A DNA stretch of 62,905 nt, counting the filler, from Chiloscyllium plagiosum (lineage: Eukaryota): NCBI RefSeq assembly GCF_004010195.1. It is 3 parts of one record of this genome, joined end to end, with 100 filler letters (N's around TTAATTAATTAA, not from the genome) between each part and the next. Parts side by side here need not be neighbours in the genome. Positions count along the whole stretch, not along the records: positions 39,778 to 62,905 come from NC_057717.1; 2 more parts are not named here. The stretch is one strand, 5' to 3'. The notes below the pieces were generated by a model. That model ran no database searches, was not told the DNA's origin, and saw only the letters and a list, made by a program, of their open reading frames with translations. A program made the position numbers and the translations under genes. Of the stretch, positions 47,546 through 61,246 are shown piece by piece. Within the stretch, counting starts at the first letter, position 1, and each line of letters begins with the position of its first letter.

Positions 47546-50500
47546 TTCATGTCTTGCATGACTCAGATTTATAACGGTTACTTCAAATAAAACAAAAATT
47601 GTCGTGTATTCAAACAGCATAAAAGAAAACCAATACATTGTGGTCACTGATACCAAAAGGTCCTTTCCAGCAAAAGTTTCAATTAGCTTTGGAAGGTCCC
47701 AAGACAGAAGATGAGGCTTTCTTTCTTTCACTTTGATATATAACTCCCAACAATGTTTGCTCCTCCTTGCTGTTTTTACGCTCCACCTTACTGGATTCTG
47801 TGGAATCTGAGCGACGTGGGCTCTGGGGAGTTTAATGGTAGAGATCATCTGGTCACATCATTTATGATCTTCTCAAACTTTAATTTCTCCAGAACTCCCG
47901 TTATGCTGATGGAGTAGAGAAGGACAATGATCTTCCAACAATGCTCTATATTCCCCCAGAGAGCTGAGACAGCTCTAACCTGGGTGAGAACCTTACAGCA
48001 GGCTGGTAAAGTGCTGCTGCTTCTGTACAGGGTCTCATTGAGATTACATCTGGAGTAGTGTGTAAAGATTTAATCTCGTCAATGAAGAAAGGATGTTGTT
48101 ATATTGGAACCAGTCCACAGATGGTTCCCTCAACTGATTCCTGCAATGAAGGTGCTATCTTATAACGAAAGGATGATCAGGTTGACCCAGTAGCCATTGG
48201 AGTTTCCAAAAATTAAGGATGATCTTATTTGAACATAGATGACAGAAAGAGTTAACAAGTGAAGTGAATTACACAGATAGTGGAACAATCCATTCCGTTC
48301 TCCAGCCTGTTACACAGGAACAACAGGAGGATATTCAGGCCTTCGACCCTGTTACACCAAAACAGGACGAGGCTATTTAGCCCCTGAGCCTGACATACAT
48401 TTGCAGAAGGAGGCCAATCAGCCACTCGACCCTGTAACAGGAGGCCGTGCTGCACCAGTACCCTGTTAAACAGCAACAGGATCAGTCCATTCAGCCTCCT
48501 CAAGTCTGTAATATAGGAACTGGAAGAGATCACACAGTGACTGGAGATTATTACACTGGGATAACAGGAGGCCTATCAGACCCACCGAGCCTATTTCAAG
48601 GGAATTGGATAAGGATAAAACTATCTGAGACTTCTTTCATGAAAAAGGAATAGGTAATTTAGACACGTGTCTGTTGTATGGGAACAAGAGAAGACCAATC
48701 AATCCCTCGGTCCCATCTCCGGGATACCTGAGGAGACCGTTCAGTATTTCCACCTGTTATGGAGAAGTATGAGAAGACCCATCAGCCTCTCAAAATGTTA
48801 GACAGCAACAGGAAGATTCCACAATCTCCCAATCATCTAAAGCATCAACAGNNNNNNNNNNNNNNNNNNNNNNNNNNNNNNNNNNNNNNNNNNNNNNNNN
48901 NNNNNNNNNNNNNNNNNNNNNNNNNNNNNNNNNNNNNNNNNNNNNNNNNNNNNNNNNNNNNNNNNNNNNNNNNNNNNNNNNNNNNNNNNNNNNNNNNNNN
49001 NNNNNNNNNNNNNNNNNNNNNNNNNNNNNNNNNNNNNNNNNNNNNNNNNNNNNNNNNNNTTAAGGCAAATTGTTAGAGTCCATTGTTCAGGACATTTGCA
49101 AATTTAAACCACAATCCGTCAGAGTCAACTTGGTTTTACAAAGGCTAAATCATGTTTCGATTGTTTGCTTGAGTTATTTGAAGATGTCCCAAACAAGGTG
49201 GATCGTGGGAATCCTGGAGATCGAACATATCTGATTCTTCCTGAAGGCATCGTATATGTCGCTTCTCCAAAGAGTAAGTGGTAAGATCAGACAACATGGG
49301 TTTAGGAGTAATTCATTAGCTTGGATGGAGGATTGGTTATCCAACAAAATGCAGTTAGATGGAATAAATGTATCATTTTCTTTTGGCAAATGCAATTTGT
49401 GGGGTGCCATTGATTTCAGTACTCATGCCTCAACCATTTGCGATTGATGGTATTACCCTACTCAGTTGATGGGAGAGAAAATACGACGCCACATTTTCAG
49501 ATGACACAAACTTCGGTGGGAAATTACTTCGGAATGATGATGCAAGATTTTTTTAAACTATACGGATAGATTGGGTGAATGGGTCAACATTTGGCAAGGA
49601 AAATTATAGTGAATAAATATGGGGCTATTCAAGTTGGCCAGTATAATAGAAAGACAATTTATTATCTAAATAGAGAGAAAGTTCAAAATGCTTAGGTGCA
49701 GAGGGATCTGGGTGTCTGCTTGCATATTACAGAAAACCTGCATGCATGTACTGCAAGTAATGAGAAATGCAAGCATAATTTCAGTGTTTATTTATAAAAG
49801 GATACAGTAGAAAGGTAGGGAGTGTTGATGTAGTTATGTGAGGATGCAACTGGAGTACAGTTTGGGTGTCCAGCAGAATGAGGTATTTGCATTGGAGGCA
49901 ATTCAGAGGGCTTCATTAGATTGATTCCATATTTGAATTGTTTGTCTTATGAAGAGTAATTGAGCAGTTTAGGCCTATACCCTCGAGTTTATAACAATGA
50001 AAGGAGATTTCGTTGAGGCCTGTAAAATGCTAAAAGTAATTGAATGTGCAGATGTGGAGTGGATTATTTTTCATTTGGTGCAATCTACAACAAGAGACGA
50101 GAGTTTTAGGATGGAGAGATGGCAGGAAAGTGAAACAGAGGCTGCGTTGACATCAGCCTCATCGAGGGGTTGGATTCCTCACAGATGCGCCTTGTTCTTA
50201 TTCAACCTTTCGACTGTGTTGCACAGGAATGGGGGAGGACTGGGTATCATACAGAAGCAGGCACTCAGGATAAATCAGTCTCAATCAGTTAGACAGTACG
50301 TAACCAGGAGGGTCACAGAATGACTAGCGCTAGGTTCTTAATTATTTTGAATCGATTTTTATGATAAGGAGGATGGAACGGTTATACAGATGCTGAGTTT
50401 GGTGATATCGCTGTGATAAGCAAGAGATCAAATTATTAAGAGAGAATAGAGAGTCTGCAAATAGATTCAGAGAAGTAAAGGCAATAGATCATAGTTTGGC

Positions 50501-50599
50501 ATGTGAAATTTAACATGATATAACCTGTCATTTCATTTACAAGAATAATGAAAGGCAGTACGTTACTGAAATGGAGAGGGATTACAGGACTTCATGATG

Positions 50600-51630
50600 C
50601 TGTGTACTGGGGCGTTCACTCAGACCCGTTCAGACATGGGAGGTTTTGCTCCATCCCTGGTCGTCTGCTTCTTGTTGCTCCAAGTGACGCCATTGCTCTC
50701 CGTACACATGGAAGACTTTGATGTGGTTGGTTGGTGATGGGGATAGTGTTTTGAAACGTGTATCAAGGGGACGGCCTTTATCCAAGATATCTTCCTTTCT
50801 TTCTACGTGGAAACCCGATGACGATGGGAATGGCTGACTGCTTCTGAATGAAGAGGCCGTGACTGCTGCCAGGACAGGGGGTATTCACCAAGATGATGTA
50901 CTGTGCATGGACACACTGTAACATTAATCGAGAGAGTGAGAGCTCCTTCAGTTCCTCTACCTCTCCTCATTGACATGGGTACTCTGCAAATGCAATGTAC
51001 ACCATCGCGAATCCCATTATATTGGATACACCCGGCAGCTCCCTGCTGTGGGAGAAAGAATACATTCACCTTATCCACCACATATATCCTCCATCACCGA
51101 ATGGTGACATTGATGTTGAGGTACTGGGAAATGATTGATATGTCACCTAGTCCTGCCTGGAAAGTTCCGGATCATAGAAACTGAATGAAACAGTGACCCT
51201 AACAGCCCCTGGCAGCACCACCCTCCCCCTGGTGTGAAGTTGCAGGTCGTGTTGAAGGAGGTGACACCGCTCTGTGACCAGCTCCCTGTTCAGTCAGGGT
51301 CCCCTCACACTCTGCTCCTGGGTTAAGTGAAGCTTGGGAAGCTGTTCCTGGAAAATCCGGGGTGGATCCAGCAGATCCCTTTCCCTACATACACTCAATG
51401 CGTGGTTTCTGAGCATCCCCTCTCTGCAGCCTCTACTCTATTTGTTGTTCATGTTGCAGGCTCAGATTCTGTAACTACAGTCCCCTTGCTCCATCCAGAG
51501 TTGGGTAACCAAGTCCTCAGGTCTCCCTGAATGTCTGAGGCAGCTCAAAGCACAACTTCTATCAAACCATCCCCAACCCATTCACTAACTTTTCAATTAC
51601 AGGAGTCAATCAGAAACCCCTCGGCTACAA
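50600..51630 (-). mobile_element. Harbinger transposase remnant (paralog of 8040-9040)
   Basis: ORF 50803..51081 (GIRDGVH...LSINV) and an adjacent-frame PGSSHGLFI. Confidence 0.6.
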
Positions 51631-51639
51631 GTGTTGTGG

Positions 51640-54600
51640 ACCAGTCCAAATCCCCGCAAAGTATTTTAAGAAGGCCGCTTAGACCCAAAACTTTCCTTTT
51701 TTTGAATATAGATGTGAAGTGTGCGTTCCACATATGTTCCGGCTGGTCAAACCACTCGACGTTAAGCAAAATATAATCTATTCAAATGCTTTAGTTAAAA
51801 TACAATCAAACAAAACGAGGAAATCTGGTCTGGGAGAGCTGGCCACTGCCCTTCCATTATTATCACCGTTTTAATACAACCTAAAGGCTTTCTCAGTTAG
51901 TTACTTAAACTGTTTGCAGACAGCAGTTCTGCACCTCTTTTTTTATAACCTCTCTTCAAAAAACCCAAGAGAAAATTACCTTTTTCCAGCGATAGTATCC
52001 TCACGACTCCACCTTGAATAAAACAATCCATCAATATACATTTTATACGTCCCAATCTTCCTCTATTATAAGACTGAAATGCATATATATTACATTGACT
52101 CTGAGCATACAAATGTTCACAACGAGATTCGATTTCAGTCATTTTATTCCTGCCACAGAATGCCTTTGACTTACTTCATCCAAGTCTCCACAACGTGTCA
52201 AAACTTAGGTTTTCTCGCCCTGTCAACTGTATAATTTCAAATTGAATGGCAGCAATAATAAGCTCAATCAAAACAGACTGGTATTTTTCTCCCTAAACTT
52301 CTCCAAAACCTTTAACGGGACACGATCACTGATAAAGATTTGTCTCATGTATCTTATTCGTAATTTAAATGCTGAATGTTGTAACGCCAACACCAAGCTC
52401 AAGGCCTCCTTCCCCATTGTGGAATAAATCTGTTGATGTTTTCACTAGACACTACAACGACAGGTTACATAAGGGAGCACTTCTCATCTCTCCAATCGTC
52501 CTTCTGAATGGCAAAACTCCTCATGTCTCAGTATGAAATAATTACATTCTTCTGTAACTCTTAACGCTGAAACATCTTTACCTGCTACTCCTGGCCTATG
52601 GCAGTAAACCTTACTCTCACAGATTTATGTTTTACGAAGATCTTCCACATTCTTCTCAATCTCTCACAGCAACCCAACTTTGATTTCTGAAACAAATCAA
52701 CATCATCAGACATTTCAGCTTCTAACCTTGCCATTGTAACTCACTGCTCTTCCACACGAGTTCTCACGACTGCAGGAAATGAATGGTTGAACTTCTCCAA
52801 AATACGAATCTCTTTAAGAGTGTCATAGGTTTTCCCTGTTTTTAATACCCTTCCCCACCTTTCAAAATTACTTTGTTTGATCCTTTCAAACTCAATGTGC
52901 GTTTAACCAGGGGCGCTATTTTAGATTCCTGAAAAACTGTCAGTAGGCTTCTGGCACAAGCTCATATGCACTTCAGATGGCTTTCTTCACCTTCTCATAC
53001 TCCGCAGATATCTCCTCCGATAGGGATGCAAATACCTACAAGCTTTGTTTGATTCAACTAAATCCATATGGTCACTGGCCCCTGCATTTGTTCACCCACT
53101 TTCTCAATTGAAATTAAAAAGGCTCCCCCCATCCTTCTCATCAAATTTAGATAATGTCTGGATGTATTTAAACAGATCCATATCAGGCCATTGGCTACTA
53201 TAGGGTTGCTTAACCGAATTAACCTCCTCATCCAGACTACCGTCTACCTACATCCCCGCCTTCTATGTCAACTTTCCTCTCTAATTGATAACTTTTGAAG
53301 TTGAAACACTCTGCTTTTCTTCTCTCTTTTTCTCTCTTTCTTATGCATTCCCTTTTCTTCTTCATTTCCTTTGTTTTCCTCATACTTCAAACTGTTTCAA
53401 TTCCTTCTCATATTCAAGGTGCCTCATTTGAAATTGAATTCTATCTATTTCCAAATAGTCTGATGGCGGTTCCACCAAATGTAATTGCCGAGCTATAGCT
53501 GTAATTATCTCTCATTTTCTCACAGACAATGGCAACCCCAACTCCAGCTTGTCTGTCAATTCCTACAGCTTTGCCTTCATTACCTTTTGTAAAACCCCCA
53601 ACTTCACTTCTTCCACACCCAGAGAACTCTTAGTGACTGGAAGAATCTTTATGCACAAAACGCTGTGTAAACCAACCGAATTCAACATCCGCAACAAAAG
53701 ACACTGACTACCATACGCGACCTTTGAACCCAATAGTCTCCTGGTGCATACTCACCAGTGTCTGCATGAACTTGTTCTGGATTCTCTAGTTTCCTACCAC
53801 AATACGAAGATGTGCCTTTCAGGTGAATTGGCCATGCTTAATTGTTCGGAGTTTTCAGGGATGTGTGGGTTAGGAGCCTTAGTCGGGGCAAATATGCAAT
53901 AATATGGAAGAGGAATTGCTCTGGGTAGGTTACTCCTCGGATGGTCGGTGTGGACTGTTGGGTCAAATGGCCTATTTGCTAACTGTAGGGATTGTAATTT
54001 TGGAATTATCGACTTAGAACCACAAGATTCCCCAATTTACTATAGACCAACGAGACTGCCTCAAACTATTTTAAGAGAGTAGCTTGGATGCCAGCCTTTT
54101 CTTATTTTAAAGGTATATGTGATTTGGGTGTTCCAGAAGTGATGATACTAATCAAAACACTCACCATTAAGCAAAACACAATATATTTTAACATTGTAAT
54201 GAAAATCCATACAAAATGAAGTGGAATTTAGAATAACTTAACTATTGGATACCTAACCAAATAATGGATACAATACCTTCTACAAATGAACTGTTCTCAT
54301 ACACTAACATCACCGAAACACACCCCTTGACAAAAAGGAACATTCAGACATATATTCTTGCATACAGTTATCCAGTCCAGGAGGAAACCGCATCAAGTTA
54401 TGTTTCAGAGAGAATAGCAGCTAGGGATAATTTACTAAAACTTACAACCCTTCTGGGACCCAAAGCAACTGGGAACTGTTACAATCACAAGGAAAAACCT
54501 GGAAAGCCTGGTCTGTGCCAGCTGGCCATTGTTACTACTATTTATTAAAAACCCATCAACCACGTAAGTTATTTACTTGAGCCGTTTTCAGTAGGCAGCT

Positions 54601-54672
54601 TGGCCTTTAAGTCCTCTTATTACAAAAAATGGGAGAAAATAACATTTTTTAAATAAGTGACAGCATTGTCAC
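51640..54672 (-). mobile_element. Internally deleted Gypsy LTR element (paralog of 9045-12240), including a SINE at ~53740-54000
   Basis: Direct sequence correspondence with copy 1. Confidence 0.7.
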
Positions 54673-57055
54673 ACAATTTAGATGCCTGGTCCTTTACTCA
54701 ATGGGCTTCCTCGTCTTACTGATTGCAAGGTCATCTGAGAGGGACAACCACAGGTACAGACCAAGTTACAAGGATGTGTCTCATAACTTCTGAAACACGC
54801 CTGTCCATGGACTGTCACATGGGACATACCGGGAAGTGAACAATAGCGTGACTGACCCCATTTCATTATTTCTGAGCTACACAATGGCAGTACTTGACAA
54901 GCTAGGGAGCCAAAACCCAAGGCCAGGGAAAGATACGGAGAGATTCACATTAATGACAGAAATAGACAGTTAATTCATTGAAAATATGTTGTGGAAATAT
55001 GGGGATAAAGACAGGGCAATGGGACTAACTGGAGAAGTGAGATCTTCGAGATGTTCCCGTTCATGTTATGGGATAACATTGAATGGCGCCCATTTATAAT
55101 TAAAAGATGGACACCCTCCACTGGGATAATTAGAATCCATGAAGACTGGCATTAATCACAGTCACTGAACAAACAGGCTCAGTTTACCATTTCCATACAT
55201 CACTTTTCAAATCATTGTAAAAGGGAACATTTACTGGTTTTGGATGGAATGGATGAGGGTAGCTGAGGGATGAACCATAAATCTTTCAATCTTTTTAATA
55301 TTTTATTCTTGTATGTGAGAGTGTTAACAGGACATTGCAGGGGTCTATATACGTTCCACTCTTCTTATGAAAGGAGGCAGTTATAAAATAACAGATCGGC
55401 TACCTAAAAAATGTTGGGTGGGCATGTTTCTACATACCTTAACCCAAAGTATAATACTTATTGACCAATGTGAGGCTACTCCTGGTTTTAAGTTCCCAGT
55501 TAGCAAATCTTTTCATAACCTTGAGACAGAGCATTGATTTTGCTGCTCAGAAACAGGCCAAAGCATTCTATCCCTATGGGCCACTTACAGATGGATAAGA
55601 GAAGGCCATTCAGCCCATATTAGCCTGTTGCTACTTGAAAAGGTTGAAAGCAAGAATGTTGGCACATTTTGCTAACAGAATGATTCAAAACAAAGAGATG
55701 TGTCACTGCAGCTGTATGAAGTGCTACTGAGAGGGCACCTGGAGTACATTGTGTTGTTTGTATTTCTGTTACTGAGAACGGATGGACCTCCATCAGATAC
55801 AGTTTACCGCCAGCTCGTAATCCAGAGGTTGCTGTGTCATTTGATGTCTCGTGTCTGTTACACAGGGTCAGGAGGAGGTCATGCAGCCTGTCGAGTGTGT
55901 TATAGAGGGACAGGAGGTGGCCATTCAGCCTCACGAGTGTGCTGAATGGCTAGATATATTGATGCTCTGGTCAAGGTAAGGAAGGAGGCGTATGTCAGGT
56001 AAATAGAGCTGAGATCAAGTGAATCCCGAGAGGAGTATAAGTGCAGTAAGTGTAGACTCAACGGGGAAATCGGGCCAGAAAAATGTGGACATGAGATGTC
56101 TTTAGAAATAGGGCTAACGAGGCATTGAAGAAATTCTACAAATCCTTTAATGGCAAAATATTAACTGGGGAGAGAATAGGGCCCCTTAAAGATCTGTAAG
56201 GCGACCTATGTGTGGAACCACAGGAGATGGGAGGTGTATGAAACAAGTATTTCTCCTCAGTATTTAATGTGGAAGAGGTTACGAGAGAGAGAATGAATAA
56301 GTATATAATGATATCTTGAAAAGTGTTTATATTACAAGGAGTCGTTGGACATTATGAAACACAAAAAGTTTATCAAATCCCTGGGACTAATCACTTGTAT
56401 CCCAGACGTTTTTGGGAAGCAGGAAAGAGATTGCTCTGAATTTTGCTGATATATTTGTATCATTGATTTCCACAGGTGATATGTCAAAAGACTGGAGAGC
56501 TGCTAACATAGTGTGATTTTTTAAGAAATTAAGGAAAAAACAGGTAACTATAGACCGATGAGTCTGACATCAATGGTGACTAAATTGTTGGAGGGGATTT
56601 TGAGGGAAAGAATGTAAATGCATTTGGAAAGACAAGGACTGAAGAGGGTTTTGTACATTCGAGATCACGTTTCACTGACTCGATGGAATTATTTCAGGAA
56701 GTGATGAAGATGATTGATGAAGGCAGGCCAGTGGATGTTGTCTTTATGGAATTCAATAAGAAAACCAAAATGTTGTGCATGGTAGACTGGTTAGCAAGGT
56801 TAGACTGCGTGGAATCCAGGGAGTGCTCGCAATTTAGATCCAAAATGTTCTTGAATATTGGAGACAGGGCATGACAGTGGACATTTGTTCATTGAGCTTG
56901 GAGACCTGTGACTAGTGGCGTGCCGCAAAGATCAACGGTGAGTCTACTGCCTTTTGTCACTTATACAAATCATTTGCACTTGAATATATGAAGTTCGGTC
57001 AGTAAGTTTTTGGATAATTCGAAATTTGGTGTTGTAGTCGACAGTGAAGACTGAT

Positions 57056-57376
57056 TAGATTAGATTTAGATTAGATTACTTACATTGTGGAATCAGGCCC
57101 TTCGGCCCAACAAGTCCACACCGCCCCGCCGAAGCGCAACCCACCCATACCCCTACATTTACCCCTTACCTAACACTCGGGGCAATTTAGCATGGCCAAT
57201 TCACCTGACCTGCACATCTTTGGACTATGGGAGGAAACCGGAGCACCCGGAGGAAACCCACGCAGACACGGCGAGAACGTGCAAACTCCACACAGTCAGT
57301 CGCCTGAGGCAGGAATTCAACCCGAGTCTCTGGCGCTGTGAGGCAGCAGTGCTAACCACTGTGCCACCGTGCCGCC
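57056..57376 (-). mobile_element. Full-length young tRNA-derived SINE (HE1/V-SINE-like) with (TCTAA)n tail, copy-2 specific
   Basis: Minus-strand head GGCGGCACGGTGGCACAGTGG (A box), GGGTTGAATTCC (B box), V-SINE-like core and tail; flanked by ctgat at 57051 and 57380. Empty site at ~16856. Confidence 0.93.
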
Positions 57377-58850
57377 TACCTGATATCTCTGAATGTAATG
57401 GGACGTTGATTAGGTGAGCCGAGGATAGGCAGATGGAGTTTATTTCAGATAAATGTGAGGTGTTGCATTTTGGCAAGAAAAATCAGGCCAATATATATAG
57501 GTGGTGTCCTGCCGAACGTTGTCAATCAAGGATAACTCCATAGAAATTCTAGAATCCCGACATTTAGGAAATAGGGTTTTTGGCCCATCGAGGCCACACC
57601 GACCCTCTAATCTGTATCCCACTGGACAAACCCCTACCCTATCCCCCTGAGCCTGCATTTCCCATGGCTAATCCACCTCGCCTACACATCCCAGGGTACT
57701 ATGCATAATTTAGGATGGCCAATCTACCCTTACCTGTGTATCTTTGTACTGTCGGAGGAAAACATAGCACCCGGAGGAAAAACACGTGGACACAGAGAGA
57801 ATGTACAAACTCCACACAGTCAGTCATTCAAGGATGGAATTAAACCGAGATCACTGCCCTGTGAGGCACCTTGTGGTGCAGGTTCTCAGTTCCTTGAAAG
57901 TGCCGTCACAGGTAGACAGCGCGGTGAAGAAGGCACTTGGTGATCTTGCCTTTATTGGTGCGTGCTTTGAGTCTAAGCATTTGCATGACGTGTTGCATCT
58001 GTACAGGACATTGGTTTGGGCACTTTTACAATATTGCCATTAATACTGGTCTCCCTGCTGTCGGAAAGATGCTGTCAAACTTGAAAGGGCACAGAAGAGA
58101 TTTAAAAGAATGCTGCAGGTGTTGTAGGGTTAGAGTTACAGGGAGAGTTTGAATAGGCTGGGACTATTTTCAAGTGTTGAGTCTGAGGGGGGACCTAAAA
58201 GAGGATTATAAAATCATGCGGGGCATAGATAAGGTAAACAGTCAATGTCTTTTCCCCAGGATAGACGAGTCCAAAATTAGAAGACAAAGGTTTAAGGTGA
58301 GAGGAGAATGATTTAAAAAGGGACATGAGGGACATTTTCTCACAGAGACTGCTATGTGTATGGATTGAACAGCCAAAAGAGGTGGTGGAGGCAGGTACAG
58401 TTACACCATTTAAAAGGCATTTGGATGGATCTTTGCATGGGAGATATATAGAGGGAGATGGGCCAAGTGGTGGCAAGGGGGACAAGATTTATTTAGGATA
58501 TTTGGTCGGCATGGACCACCGGACTGAGGGATCTTTTTCTGTGCTGTACATCTCTGAGATTCTATTGACTCTTGAGTGTTTAACATGGGAACAGGAGGAG
58601 GTTGGTCAGCTTCTGAATTCTGTCAGTCCGCTTGTTTGCTCAATTCCTGAGAGTCAAATACAAAAATAAATCACTCAGATTATGATGGTGTTTTGCAGAA
58701 ACAGGAAAAAAGCTTTTAGTCAAGAAAAGCTGTAAAGAATGCGAAGAGGCCATTCAGTACCTCAATTCCATTCCACGGGAGCAGCAGTTGAGCACAGAGC
58801 TCTTCGAGCCTGTTACTCTGGAGCAGGTGGGGGACATATCTCAGCTGCTG

Positions 58851-59260
58851 AAGACTGGGACACAGGAAGAGGAGGCAATCACTCAATTGCACAAGATTAG
58901 GTCACAGGAACAGGAGGCATTCACTCAACTGCNNNNNNNNNNNNNNNNNNNNNNNNNNNNNNNNNNNNNNNNNNNNNNNNNNNNNNNNNNNNNNNNNNNN
59001 NNNNNNNNNNNNNNNNNNNNNNNNNNNNNNNNNNNNAGACTGGGACACAGGAACAGAAGGCAGTCACTCAACTGCTCGAGACTGGGTCACAGGAACAGGA
59101 GGGAGTCATTCAACTGCTTGAGACTGGGACACAGGAACAGGAGGCAGTCACTCAAATGCTCGAAACTGGGTCACAGGAACAGGAGGGAGTCATTGAACTG
59201 CCTGAGACTGGGACACAGGAACAGGAGGCAGTCACTCAAATGCTCGAAACTGGGACACAG
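58851..59260 (+). repeat. 42-bp tandem array, copy 2 (partly an N gap)
   Basis: Same unit as 18318-19005; gap at 58933-59036. Confidence 0.9.
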
Positions 59261-61246
59261 GGAAATCTGGAGGCTAGTGAGACCCGAGGATCCTGTTACG
59301 CAGGAACAGGAGGAGGTGAATCACTCCCCACCAGTATGGGACACTGGGAGAGAAGAGGGGTTTGCTTGGCGCAAACAGAAATGTATGATAAGTTGCATTA
59401 GTGGTCCATTAAACCCTGCCCCACCATTCACTAAGACCACGGCTGATCTGATTGTGATTCCGTCATTCCATTTTATGGAGACTCCCCTCTCTGCAGCCTC
59501 TGCACCATTTGTTGGTCATGTTGCAGACCCAGATGCTGTAACAACAGTCACCATGACTTATCCAGAAGGATGGGTCTAACCAGATGAGTCAGGATTTGAA
59601 GGGTCCAGTCACAAGAATGAAAACAAAAAATAAAGGTATTGCCTGATGTTTGGTTCTCTCACATTCGCAATCCAACTCACATACCCAGCCCACCCATGAT
59701 ACATTCAGGATGGAGCACTGTGGAGATCCGGCTGGCATACTGCTGAATGCAACCCAGCAATATCCAGAATGGAACTCTGTGCAGCCCACATCAATACTTG
59801 ATCTATAATCATGGGCTAAATGTCCAGCGTGGGGAGCTGTGCAGACCGCAATGGTTCATTCATATATCAACCCCGGCTGTTGCATTGTTCGGTAACACTG
59901 TGTTAGATCGCTGCCAAGTGTGGGGAAACTTGCAACCAATGTTGGATGTGACAGGATGTGCAGCTCCCATCCATTTACAGCTCCATATCTCCACTGTACC
60001 TTGACAAGGGGAGCCATGGATGTGAAAATCACTGCGATAGAGAGATGCAAATGGAAACAGTTTAATTATCAATAGTTCTGATTAAGGCAACTATCACATC
60101 TGTATTTAAAGTTGAAATAATTGAGATAATACCCAATGAGGTTTCGTGAATGGTGCAAAGTAGTTAGAGGGGGATGGTTATATAATAGTGGTTGCACAAT
60201 AAGCTTCCAAATCATCAATGGGAATTAGAGGAAGAAATATGCAGGGAGACTGGGGAGACTTGCAGGAACAATGGGGTTGTTATAATAGGTGATTTTAATT
60301 TTCCTAACATAGACTGGGACTTCCAGATGGTTAAGAACTTAGAAGGAATGTAATTTGTTAAGTGTGTTCAGGAAGGTTTCCACAAGCAATATGTAGAGTA
60401 TTCTACTCGGGAAGGGACAAATTCGACCTACTGTTGGGAAATAGGGCAGGATAGGTGAAGGAGATAAAGTGGAGGAGCATTTTGGGAAAAGTGAAATAAC
60501 CAGAATTACGAAGTGTGATTGGATACCTATAACCATAAAATAAGAGTAGATTTTTGTTTGGTCTGTGTAAAGCATGCTGAACGTTGCATGAAAGTATAAA
60601 GATGACGGAATATATTGTTAGGAGTGTCCGTCCCTATGGGAAATGCACTCAAACAGGCGTTTGAAAAAAACCGGGAAAAAGTGCCTGAGTGCTGTCTGGT
60701 CAGTGACAGGAACCCAGGCGTTTAATGACTGAAAGTTCCTGTAGCATGGAGCTGAGAAAACCATCAGATTAGCCGGGACCTTATTAAATGCTAGAGCACA
60801 TTTGAAGGGCTGAATGGCCTTAGCATGGTTTGAATTGTGTGTAATTTAAAAAAACATACATCTCTACACCTTCCTCTTATGTGTTACACACTGGGACACT
60901 GCCATTTTCCTGGAACTCGGAATTATTTGGAACATTATCTGGAACATTCCATAATCGGTATTCTCACGAATATTCTATAACTGTGTGGGAGGTATTGCAA
61001 AGTTTTAAGCTGGTTGGAGGAAAGTATAGAGGGGATATCAGAGGCGGGTTCTTTACACAGAGAGTTGTGAGAGCATGTAATACGTTGCCAGCAGCAGTTG
61101 TTGAAGCAGGGTCACTGGGGACATTTAAGAGACTACTGGGCATGCATATGGTCACAGAAATTTGAGGATGCATACATGAGGATCAGTGGTCGGCAGAACA
61201 TCGTGGGCTGAAGGGCCTGTTCTGTGCTGTACTGTTCTATGTTCTA

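Noticed and set aside
57300..57376. tRNA gene
   Set aside because: A and B boxes belong to a SINE head continuous with SINE body and tail; no full cloverleaf.
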